NCBI RefSeq assembly: GCF_006345805.1
Contig: NW_021827581.1
Coordinates: forward strand, 1-27,699
Source of the DNA: Octopus sinensis
Taxonomy: Eukaryota
Length of the DNA: 27,699 nucleotides
Direction of reading: 5' to 3'
Program-made: the position numbers and the translations under genes
Notes under the pieces: generated by a model
What the model saw: only the letters and a program-made list of their open reading frames with translations
What the model was told of the DNA's origin: nothing
Databases searched by the model: none
Shown: positions 10,430 through 21,275 of the stretch, in pieces
Numbering within the stretch: the stretch's first letter is position 1
How the letters are laid out: the number at the start of each line of letters is the position of its first letter

Positions 10430-11520
10430 TGATGGTGGTCTTTTCTATAATTTTAGGCTTCCAAATGTACTTTGAGAGTGGTGTGGTGTTTTCTCTGTTG
10501 TAATAATGAACTGAAATGTTCTGCAGATGCAGACATATATGGGAATGTTTTGGCAAGGTGATATTAAGTTTGGCCTTTTTTTATGTAAAGATAAATCAGA
10601 AAGGTGGCATATAATGTTTGAATCTGCATGGTGATCTTTTCTATAATTTTAGGTTAGAAAATACTGTTGGAATCTGATGGTGATCTTTTCTATAATTTTA
10701 GGTTAGAAAATACTGTTGGAATCTGATGGTGATCTTTTCTATAATTTTAGGTTAGAAAATACTGTTGGAATCTGATGGTGATCTTTTCTATAATTTTAGG
10801 TTTCCAAATGTACTTTGAGAGAGGTGTGGTGTTTTCTCTGTTGTAATGATGAACTGAAATGTTCTGCAGATGCAGACATATATGGGAATGTTTTGGCAAG
10901 GTGATATTAAGTTTGGCCTTTTTTTTATATAAAGATAAATCAGAAGGGTGGCATATAATGTTTGAATCTGCTGAAATGGTGTTTTTTTTTCTTCATTTCT
11001 AGATTTCCAAATCTACTTTGAGCATGGTGTGATATTTTCCAAGTAGAATGAGATGTTACACATGTGCAGGCACATTTAGGTACATGCTGGCAAAATGATA
11101 TTAGTTTGGTCTTCTTGATTTAAAGATGAAATAGAATGGCAGCAGACAACGTTGGGGTTTGCTCTGTCTAACCCTACGAATGAGAACAACAATGGCCTTT
11201 TCTTTATTTCTTGATTTCCAAATGTACTTTGAGAATGGTGAGGTGTTTTTCTACTAACAATGATGGAATAAAACGCTGTGCAAGTGCAGGCACATTTGGG
11301 GAAGTGTTCGCAAGTTTGGTCCCTTTTATTTAAGGATGAAGGAGGATGGCAGCAAGTAATGTGGGCATTTCTCAGCGAGACAAATATGATAGAAATTTAA
11401 TACAATATTAAATGTTTCTGCCCTGTCTAGCACTGCCTGTGAAATGCTGGTGGTCTCCTTCTCTATTTCCAAATATCCAAATGTTCTTTGATAGTGATGT
11501 AGCATTTTCCAAGTGACACT
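10430..11520. repeat. Diverged ~200-bp tandem array (about 5 units) with an internal 3x49-bp perfect sub-array
   Basis: Core (T)TCCAAAT.T.CTTTGA near 10459, 10802, 11005, 11216 and 11476. The 49-bp units start at 10628, 10677 and 10726. Confidence 0.85.
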
Positions 11521-11760
11521 GACAGAATGACACATTTGTGCTGGTAAATCTTGAAGAAGTGTACAGCGAGCCTTATGTAGCTTGGATTACATGTTTCTAG
11601 CAGGATGCATACAGGCACAGTATCCAAAGGGCTGTTTAAGGGACATGCCCTTTTGGAAGTAAAACTTCATGGTGTAACAATTGCAGTTTGACTGCCTTCA
11701 CTCTGTATTTAGCATTTACTAAATGATAGGACCATTAGTGTTCCTGAGAGTGTCAATTGT

Positions 11761-12032
11761 ATCATCATCATCATCATCATCATCAACCATCACCATCATC
11801 ATCATCATCATCAACATCATCATCATCATTACCATCATCATCATCATCAACCATCACCATCATCATCATCATCATCAACATCATCATCATCATTACCATC
11901 ATCATCATCATCACAATCATCATCATCATCATCATCATCATAATCATCACAATCATCATCATCATCGTCGTCGTCGTCGTCATCGTCATCATCATAATCA
12001 TCACCACAATCATCATCATCATCATCACCATC

Positions 12033-12082
<50 letters not shown>

Positions 12083-12240
12083 CATCACCACCACCACAAT
12101 CATCATCATCATCATCATCATCACCACCACAATCATCATCATCATCATCACCACCATCATCATCATCGTCGTCATCATCATCATCATTATCATCATCATT
12201 GCCATCATCATCATCAACATCATCATTGTCATCATCATCG
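11761..12240. repeat. (CAT/CAC)n microsatellite
   Basis: Seen directly. Confidence 0.95.
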
Positions 12241-12370
12241 ACTTTGCCTTTCACCCTTTCGGGATCGATAAATTAAGTACCAGTTACACACTGGGGTTGA
12301 CTTAATCCGTTTGTCTGTCCTCGTTTGTCCCCTCCGTGTTTAGCCCCTTGTGGGCAATAAAGAAATAGGG
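12238..12370 (+). mobile_element. 3' fragment of a third SINE family
   Basis: GCCTTTCACCCTTTCGGGATCGATAAATTAAGTACC resembles a central domain shared by invertebrate SINEs (recalled, not checked). Ends AATAAAGAAATA. Confidence 0.55.
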
Positions 12371-12469
12371 ATACTTTCATATGTTTTTAACAAATTCACA
12401 AGAGCTTTCCTCCTAAACATAAGACTTCTACTCCAACACCAACAACAACAATTTCAGGGTATCCTGATT

Positions 12470-12566
12470 GGGTACCTTTATACCCAGGTACCTTCACACC
12501 CAGATACCTTCACACCCGGGTACCTTCACACCCTGGGTACCTTCACACCCTGGGTACCTTCACACC
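12470..12566. repeat. 16-17-bp minisatellite (GGTACCTTCACACCC), about 6 copies
   Basis: Seen directly. Confidence 0.9.
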
Positions 12567-12777
12567 AAAGAGAATAAAATGAAGTGTGAGTGATTTATTG
12601 GTTGGTTGGCTGCTAGTAATTAATTACAGAAAAATTAATTAATCCATCAATTAGATTAATTATACAACTGCTTTAGGCTTTAGGGAATGTTAAATACTAA
12701 AACAGCTTTTTTGGATTAGAGAGAGATTGAGAACTGCAAAAATTATTTAGCTTGACAATGTTGTTTTTTTGTTGTTG

Positions 12778-13213
12778 TTTAACCCCTGGTCAGACCTGAT
12801 CCAGCAGATCTATGATCAAAGATTTTCCAGCCATGACCATCCCATCTGTTATTCAGGCATAGTGCATCTAAGACAACATTATATACTATGTCCTTCCTTG
12901 CTGTTTAGCCCCAGGTCAGTCCTGATCCAGCAGATCTATGATCAAAGATTTTCCAGCCATGACCATCCCATCTGTTATTCAGGCATAGTGCATCTAAGAC
13001 AACATTATATACTATGTCCTTCCTTGCTGTTTAGCCCCAGGTCAGTCCTGATCCAGCAGATCTATGATCAAAGATTTTCCAGCCATGACCATCCCATCTG
13101 TTATTCAGGCATAGTGCATCTAAGACAACATTATATACTATGTCCTTCCTTGCTGTTTAGCCCCAGGTCAGTCCTGATCCAGTAGAGCTATGATCAAAGA
13201 TTTTCCAGCCATG
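12778..13213. repeat. Tandem array of a 126-bp unit (about 3.4 near-identical copies)
   Basis: Units start at 12778, 12904, 13030 and 13156; ORF 12769..13185 shows a 42-aa period. Confidence 0.95.
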
Positions 13214-13625
13214 GGTTAGACAGTTTGACAAGAACAGGTAAGGTCAAGGGGTGCTCCAGACTCCAGTTGTCTTTTCTGACATGGTTTTTACACCTGGATG
13301 CCCTTCCTAATGCCAAACCACTTTACAGAGTGCAGTGGTTGGTTTCCATGTGGCACCAGTGCCAGTGCCTTTTACAAGGCGCCAGCATGATACTTTTCTA
13401 TGTGGCACCAGCAATGGTACCCAAGAAGGGAGTGGAAGTGATTCAGAAGAAATGAGAAGAATGATGCCCTTCCTAACGCCAACCACTCCATGAGTGTAAT
13501 GGGTGCTTTTTACATGCCACCAGCACAGGTGCCGTCTGTGTGACACCGGCACGAGTGCCAATTTGTATGACACCAGTATCTGCCATGACAGTGATTTTGC
13601 TCGGCTTGTAGGGAAGAAGACCCAA
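13205..13625 (-). mobile_element. Two RTE-associated 3'-tail fragments
   Basis: GATGCCCTTCCTAA(T/C)GCCAA occurs twice, with GTGCTTTTTACATGCCACC-type modules. Confidence 0.75.
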
Positions 13626-13647
13626 CAATAAAGATATTATTTTATAG

Positions 13648-14036
13648 GTAGGAGCACTCCGTCGGTTGCGACGATGAGGGACCCAGCTGATACGATCAAC
13701 GGAACAGCTTGCTCGTGAAATTAATGTGTAAGTGGCTGAGCACACCACAGACACGTGTACCCTTAACGTAGTTCTCGAGGAGACTCAGCGTGACACAGAT
13801 TGTGACAAGGCTGGACCTTTGAAATACAGGTACAAGAGAAACAGGAAGTAAGAGTGAGAGAAAGTTGTGGTAAAAGAGTACAGCAGGGATCACCACCATC
13901 CCCTGCCGGAGCCTCGTGGAGCTTTTTTAGGTGTTTTCGCTCAATAAACACTCACAACGCCCAGTCTGGGAATCGAAACCGCGATCCTCCGACCGCGAGT
14001 CCGCTGCCCTAACCACTGGGCCATTGCGCCTCCACT
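13648..14036 (-). mobile_element. Full-length tRNA SINE family 2 (OR1-like) with 13-bp TSD
   Basis: Reverse complement of the 19854-20242 element. TSD TATTATT(T/G)TATAG at 13635-13647 and 14037-14049. Confidence 0.92.
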
Positions 14037-14063
14037 TATTATTGTATAGTGAAACTGTATAAT

Positions 14064-14266
14064 TACTTGTTTCAGTCATTTGACTGTGGCCATGCTGGAG
14101 CACCGCCTTTAGTTGAACAAATCGACCCCGGGGACTTATTCTTTGTAAGCCCAGTACTTATTCTATCAGTCTCTTTTGCCGAACCGCTAAGTAACAGAGA
14201 CATAAACACACCAGCATCGGTTGTCAAGCAATGCTAGGGGGACAAACACAACACACACACACACAC

Positions 14267-14302
<36 letters not shown>

Positions 14303-14465
14303 CGACAGGCTTCTTTCAGTTTCCGTCTACCAAATCCACTCACAAGGCTTTGGTCGGCCTGAGGCTATAGTAGAAGACACTTGCCCAAGGTGCAACGCAG
14401 TGGGACTGAACCCAGAACCATGTGGTTGGTAAGCAAGCTACTTACCACACAGCCACTCCTGCGCC
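14064..14465 (-). mobile_element. Full-length OR2-like CORE SINE
   Basis: Head, CORE motif, internal (TA/CA)n and tail are all present. Confidence 0.92.
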
Positions 14466-14644
14466 TATACTGCATCTGTTTACTTAATTGATTATTATTT
14501 CAATTAACACTGTCGAATTACTGAAGTAGATCCAACAGAAATACATCCAAACTTCAGATGACACCAGGTAGCCAGAAACTGTGTCAGTGCTTTACTCAAC
14601 ACATCAGCAAACTAATTGACATATACACATTAGTCCAAAATATT

Positions 14645-14800
14645 ACACACACACACACACATATGCAGATATGTGTATATAAACATATATATGTATGTGT
14701 GTGTGTGAGCATATACATACACACCCACACATATATATATGTATGTACGTGTACATACATACATACATATATACATACATATATACAATGTATATGTATA

Positions 14801-14843
<43 letters not shown>

Positions 14844-14844
14844 A

Positions 14845-14916
<72 letters not shown>

Positions 14917-14947
14917 TCTATAACATATATATATATATATATATATA

Positions 14948-15001
<54 letters not shown>

Positions 15002-15015
15002 ATATATATATATAT

Positions 15016-15050
<35 letters not shown>

Positions 15051-15135
15051 ACATATATATGTATATGTATATAGAAATTCAGGGTGAGTATATACATATA
15101 TATATGTGGGTGGCTGGGTGTGTGTGTATACACAT
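14645..15135. repeat. (CA)n/(TA)n microsatellite
   Basis: Seen directly. Confidence 0.95.
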
Positions 15136-15219
15136 CGGAAAATATGTATATTAGCTAAGTTTCTTTGTTATTAGAACTGGCTTTACAAACTTTACAAACA
15201 TCAGCCAACAACAGATGGC

Positions 15220-15491
15220 ACACACACAACACACACACACACACACACACATGTTTTGTTGTTGTTGTTGTTGTTGTTGTTGTCCTCTTTGCTTCTTGTT
15301 CTTTTCCTATCATGTGACATACAGGATTTCAAATTTCATCTCAACATAACTGACACTTCTCTTCCTCTCTCCCTCTCTCTCTTCCTCTCTCTCTCTATCT
15401 TCCTGTCTGTCCTTCTCTCTTTGTGTCTCTCTTTGTGTCTCTCTTTCTCCCTCTCTCACTCTCTCTCTTTCTTTTTATACTCTTTCTCTTT

Positions 15492-15541
<50 letters not shown>

Positions 15542-15633
15542 TATATGAATATACATATATGTATGCATGTGTGTATATATATATGCATGTGTGTGTGTAT
15601 ATATATATAAAGAGAGAGAGAGATAGACAAATG

Positions 15634-15723
<90 letters not shown>

Positions 15724-15758
15724 GATAGATAGATTGATGGATAGATAGATAGATAGAT

Positions 15759-15790
<32 letters not shown>

Positions 15791-15981
15791 GGGCTGGCCG
15801 GATTGGAGCGATCTCAAGATTAATCAGCCGAAATTGCGAGGATGATCCGGTTCTTGACTGAAGATTGAAGGCTTCGAATGTCCCGTCCGTGTTTTTTGTA
15901 TCTTCTTCTAAATGTTTTACGTTCTTGTCCCAGTTTGTATTTTTCTACATATGATAGATAGATAGATAGATAGATAGATAG

Positions 15982-16055
<74 letters not shown>

Positions 16056-16061
16056 GCAGAT

Positions 16062-16094
<33 letters not shown>

Positions 16095-16125
16095 GATAGA
16101 TAGATAGATAGATAGATAGGCAGAT

Positions 16126-16173
<48 letters not shown>

Positions 16174-16175
16174 GC

Positions 16176-16225
<50 letters not shown>

Positions 16226-16243
16226 GCAGATATAGATAGATAA

Positions 16244-16279
<36 letters not shown>

Positions 16280-16280
16280 A
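15220..16280. repeat. Microsatellite cluster: (CA), (TTG), (CT), (TA), (GACA), (GATA)
   Basis: Seen directly; the (GATA)n is interrupted at 15791-15952. Confidence 0.92.
15791..15952 (+). mobile_element. 5'-truncated copy of the unclassified repeat, inserted in (GATA)n
   Basis: Homologous to 6365-6539; GATA repeats abut both ends. Confidence 0.7.
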
Positions 16281-16694
16281 ACACCACCATCATTATTTGC
16301 TATCTGTTTTCCATGCTGGCATGAGTTGGACGATTTTAACAGACGTTGAAGAGTTCAGAACAGTTGAGAAGTCATGGTTGATTGGTTTGGTACAAATCAA
16401 GAATAGCATATTGCATGTTCTATGAAAAAAGAAAAAGAAGTAAAATCTGTGTGTTTTTGTCGCTCCTTGCTCCTTACTGAAGAAGAGCATAGACTCAAAA
16501 CATGAACATCGTCTGCTATTAGATAAGTTGGAACCTTAATAGGCAGTGTAATAAAAATGAAAATAAAAACATTATTAATGTCGGATTTTTTCCTACTGTA
16601 ATTGTATTTCTTGAAGGTGGTGTTCCAGCATGGCCATGACTGAAACAAATGAAAGATAAGATATAAAAGACACACACACACACACACACACACA

Positions 16695-16726
<32 letters not shown>

Positions 16727-16727
<1 letters not shown>

Positions 16728-17120
16728 CTCTTTTACTTGTTTCAGTCATTTGACTGCAACCATGCTGGAGCACCGCTTTTAATCGAGCAACTCAACCCCG
16801 GGACTTATTCTTTTGTAAGCCCAGTACTTATTCTAGCGGTCTCTTTTGCCGAACCGCTAGGTAACGGTGACATAAACACACCAGCATCGGTTGTCAAGCA
16901 ATGCTAGGGGGACAAACACAGACACAGACACACACACATGCACACATATACATATACATATATACGACGGGCTTCTTTCAGTTTCCGTCTACCAAATCCA
17001 CTCACAGGGCTTTGGTCGGCCCGAAGCTATAATAGAAGACACTTGCCCAAGGTGCCACGCAGTGGGACTGAACCCGGAACCATGTGGTTGGTATACAAGC
17101 TACTTACCACACAGCCACTC
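16727..17120 (-). mobile_element. Full-length OR2-like CORE SINE
   Basis: Same layout as the other copies. Confidence 0.92.
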
Positions 17121-17160
17121 ATATATATATAGATATGTGTGTGTATGTGTCTATATATAT

Positions 17161-17326
17161 AGGCACAAGAGGGGCTGTGTGGTAAGTAGTTTGCTTATCA
17201 ACCACATGGTTCTAGATTCAGTCCCACTGCATGGCACCTTGGGCAAGTGTCTTCTACTATAGCCTCGAGCTGACCAAAGCCTTGTGAGTGGATTTGGTAG
17301 ACGGAAACTGAAAGAAGCCCATCGTA
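17161..17326 (+). mobile_element. 5' half of OR2-like SINE
   Basis: Head and CORE, ending at (TA/TG)n. Confidence 0.88.
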
Positions 17327-17338
17327 TATATGCATATG

Positions 17339-17371
<33 letters not shown>

Positions 17372-17379
17372 ATTCTCGT

Positions 17380-17730
17380 TTACTCTCTTTTATTTGTTTC
17401 AGTCATTTGACTGTGGTCATGCTGGAGCACCACCTTTATAGTCGAGCAAATCGTCCCCAGAGCTTATTCTTTGTAAGCCTAGTACTTATTCTATCGGTCT
17501 CTTTTTGCCAAACTGCTAAGTTACGGGGACGTAAACACACCAGCATCGGTTGTCAAGTGAGGCTGGGAGGACAAACAGACACACAAACACACACATACAT
17601 ATATATAGATATACGACAGGCTTTTTCCGTCGGCCCGAGGCTATAGTAGAAGACACATGCTCGAAGTGCCACGCAGTGGGACTGAACCCGGGACCATGTG
17701 ATTGGTAAGCAAGCTACTTACCACACAGCC
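17380..17730 (-). mobile_element. OR2-like SINE with internal deletion
   Basis: Tail and head are present; the segment CTACCAAATCCACTCACAAGGC is missing. Confidence 0.88.
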
Positions 17731-18129
17731 ATGGAAAATATACATACATACACACACTCACACACGTTCTTAGACCCTAAAATTTCCCTTCTACTTTTCA
17801 AAAAAAAACCTCTCCCCTCTCTCCTGCCACACCCCTTTCTCTTACCCCCCCGCCCCGCCCACCTCCATCCTCTAACCCACCCTCAACCCGACCCAACCTA
17901 GAACCTTACCCAATTCCTTCTCTGCTATTCAGTTCTTTGGGTAAACAAAGGGGACCTCTATGTGTAACGTAATCTGTGTCGTCTGCCAGCCTAGAAACAG
18001 TCTTACCCCCAGTAAGGGCTGTCTGGGGCCTGTAGAGGTAGGTGGGTGGGAAGGAGAGGAGTTGGAGGGGGGGTTAGGGGTTAACTCCCTACTGAGTTAA
18101 CACATGACACACATTGCATAGATATTGGT

Positions 18130-18264
18130 GTGTGTGTGTGTGTGTTGCATATATGTATATATATATATATATATTTGTAGACAGACAAACAGACAGACGT
18201 ATACATACATATATACATGCATAGATAGGTAGATAGACAAAGAGAGTGAGATGGATAGGTAGAT

Positions 18265-18317
<53 letters not shown>

Positions 18318-18375
18318 TAGATATATTGATAGTTAGGTAGAAAGATAGATTGACAAACCCACAGATAGATAGACA
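18130..18375. repeat. (TG)/(TA)/(GATA)/(GACA) microsatellite
   Basis: Seen directly. Confidence 0.9.
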
Positions 18376-18780
18376 GAGGGCACCAATGCACACCGGACCC
18401 CCTCACTGATATGAGGCCTCACTTGCTAGATCAACTGGTTATCAAAGAAAGCTCAATATCCTTCTAGCCATCGCTCATCGTCTCTTTTTAACCAAATCCA
18501 GTGGCTAGCCTTTTCCACTGTAGTTTGGATATCGGTCATGGTGGTATTGACTTTACAATGAGTTAGGCCTAGCGATAACAACAGTCGTCTCACACTGTGT
18601 CCAACGAACTCTCTACATCTGACTTCAATTGGAAAATGTTCCGCTTTCCAGCCTGTGTCTTCACATTCCTCCAGGAGGTTTACATAACGGTCAATCTTTC
18701 AAGGCCGGGCAGCATCCATATTATCTTCATGAGGAACCCTTGACTAGATTCACGACTTTCTTTCCTTCACACCACATTAA

Positions 18781-19304
18781 CCCTTTCGTTACTGTATTTA
18801 TTTTGAGATGCTCTGTGTTTCTTTTAATTACTTTAAATATCGTGCCGGTGGCACGTAAAAGCACCATCCGTTCGTGTCCGTTGCCAGCCTCGCCTGGCCC
18901 CCATGCCGGTGGCACATAAAAGCACCATCCGTTCGTGGCCATTTGCCAGCTCTGTCTGGCACCTGTGCAGGTGGCACTTAAAAAGCACCCACTACACTCG
19001 CGGAGTGGTTGGCGTTAGGAAGGGCATCCAGCCGTAGAAACACTGCCAGATCTGACTGGGCCTGATGAAGCCTTCCGGCTTCACAGACCCCAGTTGAACT
19101 GTCCAACCCATGCTAGCATGGAAAGCAGACGCTAAACGATGATGATAACAAAGAATTTAGTAAAATAACTTGGTTATCATTAAGCTAGTGTTAGGAACAT
19201 AAATTGTGACTAAGGTTTGGTGGAAGATTTTAATTCAAAACATATGAAAACGAGACATTTGTACTCAGGCCAGACCGGTTTCAGCCAGGTTGGTAACGAA
19301 AGGG
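18781..19304. mobile_element. piggyBac-type non-autonomous element (MITE)
   Basis: Perfect 12-bp TIRs CCCTTTCGTTAC (18781-18792) and GTAACGAAAGGG (19293-19304), with TTAA duplicated at 18777-18780 and 19305-19308. Confidence 0.9.
18840..19146 (+). mobile_element. RTE-associated 3'-tail repeat nested in the MITE
   Basis: Three GGTGGCAC.TAAAAGCACC modules, GTTGGCGTTAGGAAGGGCATCCAGC and a (GAT)n tail. Confidence 0.9.
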
Positions 19305-19469
19305 TTAAGATGTCAGGTTTTTTCATAACTGGGATGTGAAAGAGTCCCTGGCACCCTGGTAAATCTGCAGTCACCTCCCAATAGCCGTTCCACTTTTCAT
19401 CTCTCACAGGAAGTTTCTTGATCTTCTTCTTGAAATGTTTCTGCTGACCTGAGTTCATGAAGGTATTAC

Positions 19470-20264
19470 TCTTTTTTACTCTTTTACTTGTTTCAGTCAT
19501 TTGACTGCAGCCATGCTGGAGCACCGCCTTTAGTCAAGCAAATCGACCCCAGGACTTATTCTTTGTAAGCCCAGTACTTATTCTATCGGTCTCTTTTGCC
19601 GAACCGCTAAGTGGCGGGGACGTAAACACACCAGCATCGGTTGTCAAGCAATGCTAGGGGGACAAACACAGACACACAAACATATATATAAATACATATA
19701 TAGGATGGGCTTCTTTCAGTTTCCGTCTACCAAATCCACTCACAAGGCATTGGTCGGCCTGAGGCTATAGCAGAAGACACTTGCCCAAGATGCCATGCAG
19801 TGGGACTGAACCCGGAACTATGTGGTTGGTAAGAAAGCTACTTACCATACAGCAGAGGCGCAATGGCCCAGTGGTTAGGGCAGCGGACTCGCAGTCGTAG
19901 GATCGCGGTTTCGATTCCCAGACCGGGCGTTGTGAGTGTTTATTGAGCGAAAACACCTAAAGCCCCACGAGGCTCCGGCAGGGGATGGTAGTGATCCCTA
20001 CTGTACTCTTTCACCACAACTTTCTCTCACTCTTACTTCCTGTTTCTGTTGTACCTGTATTTCAAGGGGCCGGCCTTGTCACTCTCTGTGTCACGCTGAA
20101 TATCCCCAAGAACTACGTTAAGGGTACACGTGTCTGTGGAGTGCTCAGCCACTTACACGTTAATTTCACGAGCAGGCTGTTCCGTTGATCGGATCAACCG
20201 GAACCCTCATCGTCGTAACCGACGGAGTGCTTCCAAAAAGAAACTTACCACACAGCCACTCCTG
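19470..20264 (-). mobile_element. OR2-like SINE split in its tRNA head by a family-2 SINE
   Basis: Body at 19470-19853; remaining head at 20243-20264. Confidence 0.9.
19854..20242 (+). mobile_element. Full-length tRNA SINE family 2 (OR1-like) with 14-bp TSD
   Basis: A-box TGGCCCAGTGG and B-box GTTTCGATTCC. TSD ACTTACCA(T/C)ACAGC at 19840-19853 and 20243-20256. Confidence 0.92.
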
Positions 20265-20304
20265 AAATCTTTAGTTAATATTTTCAATGGTTTTTTTTCT
20301 CATT

Positions 20305-20475
20305 CTTGGGTGTGATTGCTGTTAAGAAGGGCAACCAGCTGTATAAACCATGCCAGATCAGACCAGAACCTCAGTACATCTCTCTGACTTACTGGTCCCA
20401 GTCAAACCATCTGACCCATGCCAGCATAGAAAGCAGATACTAAATGATGATGATGATGATGATGATAATGATGAT
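20305..20475 (+). mobile_element. RTE-associated 3'-tail repeat, diverged
   Basis: GTTAAGAAGGGCAACCAGCTGTA...ACCCATGCCAGCAT...TAAA(TGA)n. Confidence 0.8.
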
Positions 20476-20477
20476 AT

Positions 20478-20642
20478 ATGATGAGCTTCTTTCAGTTTCC
20501 ATCCGTCAAATCCACTCACAAGGTTTTTGTCGGCCTAGGGCTACAGTAGAAGACACTTGCCCAAGTTGGCATGCAGTGGGACTGAACCCAGAACCCTGTG
20601 GTTGGGAAGCAAGCTTCTTACCACAGATCCATGACTTCGCCT
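20478..20642 (-). mobile_element. 5' half of OR2-like SINE
   Basis: CORE motif and head on the minus strand. Confidence 0.8.
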
Positions 20643-21275
20643 ATATGTGTATGTATGTGTATGTATATATGTTTGTATGTTAATATGTATGTATATATAT
20701 AAGTATAGACACACACATATTTATAGATGCAGTCAAACAAAGAGATTTCAAAAAATATGTCAAAGGGGGTGTGTGCTTGCCTGTCTGTCTGTGTGTGTGT
20801 GTATGTGTGTGTGCTTGCCAGTCTGTATGTGTGTGTGTATGTGTGTAAGAATGTGTGTGTGTGCTTGCCTGTCTGTCTGTGTGTATGTGTGTAAGAATGT
20901 GTGTGTGTGTGCTTGCCTGTCTGTCTGTGTGTATGTGTGTAAGAATGTGTGTGTGTGCTTGCCTGTCTGTCTGTGTGTATGTGTGTGTGTATGTGTGTAA
21001 GAATGTGTGTGTGTGTGCTTGCCTGTCTGTCTGTGTGTATGTGTGTAAGAATGTGTGTGTGTGCTTGCTAGTCTGTATGTGTGTGTGTGTGTATGTACAA
21101 GTGTGTACGAACGTGTGTGTGTGTGCGCGCATGCATAACTGTATGTGTGTTGTGCATGTTTGTCTGTATGTGTCTGTACGTGTTTGTGCATGTGTGTGCA
21201 TGCATGTCTGTATGTGTGTGTGTATGTGCAGTGTGTCTCTGTGTGTGTGTGCATGCATGTCTGTATGTGTGTGTG
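20640..21275. repeat. TG-rich minisatellite/microsatellite with a ~45-55-bp higher-order unit
   Basis: Recurrent GTGCTTGCCTGTCTGTCTGTGTGTATGTGTGTAAGAAT. Confidence 0.88.

Larger units (their letters stand above)
18378..19468 (-). mobile_element. Hero-like (R2 superfamily) non-LTR retrotransposon 3' fragment encoding a restriction-like endonuclease; split by a MITE and decayed
   Basis: After removing 18777-19304: WEVTADL...KKPDILMWCEGKKVVNLV/VPHEDNMDAA..K..RY..LLEECEDTGWKAEHFPIEVRCREF...LLLSLG...VEKASHWIWLKR, with the stop at 18453-18455, one frameshift and one internal stop. Confidence 0.85.

Noticed and set aside
12769-13185. Repeat protein ORF or CRISPR-like array
   Set aside because: Units are wholly identical with no unique spacers. 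The ORF persists only because the unit length (126) is a multiple of 3.
15855-15885. CTGANGA...GAAT motif conserved in both copies of the GATA-associated repeat (also near 6432)
   Set aside because: GAAT replaces GAAA and there is no stem III, so the hammerhead topology is not met.
16470-16510. Second hammerhead-like motif CTGAAGA-AGAG..CTC-AAAAC
   Set aside because: GAAA is AAAA and there is no convincing stem III/NUH or stem I; at best a dead relic.
18068-18083. Telomere-like GGTTAGGGGTT
   Set aside because: Only one to two imperfect units; not an array.
19854-19925. tRNA gene
   Set aside because: The tRNA-like head continues into a multi-copy SINE body with TSDs, and no proper acceptor stem is evident. 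The same applies to the OR2-like heads.
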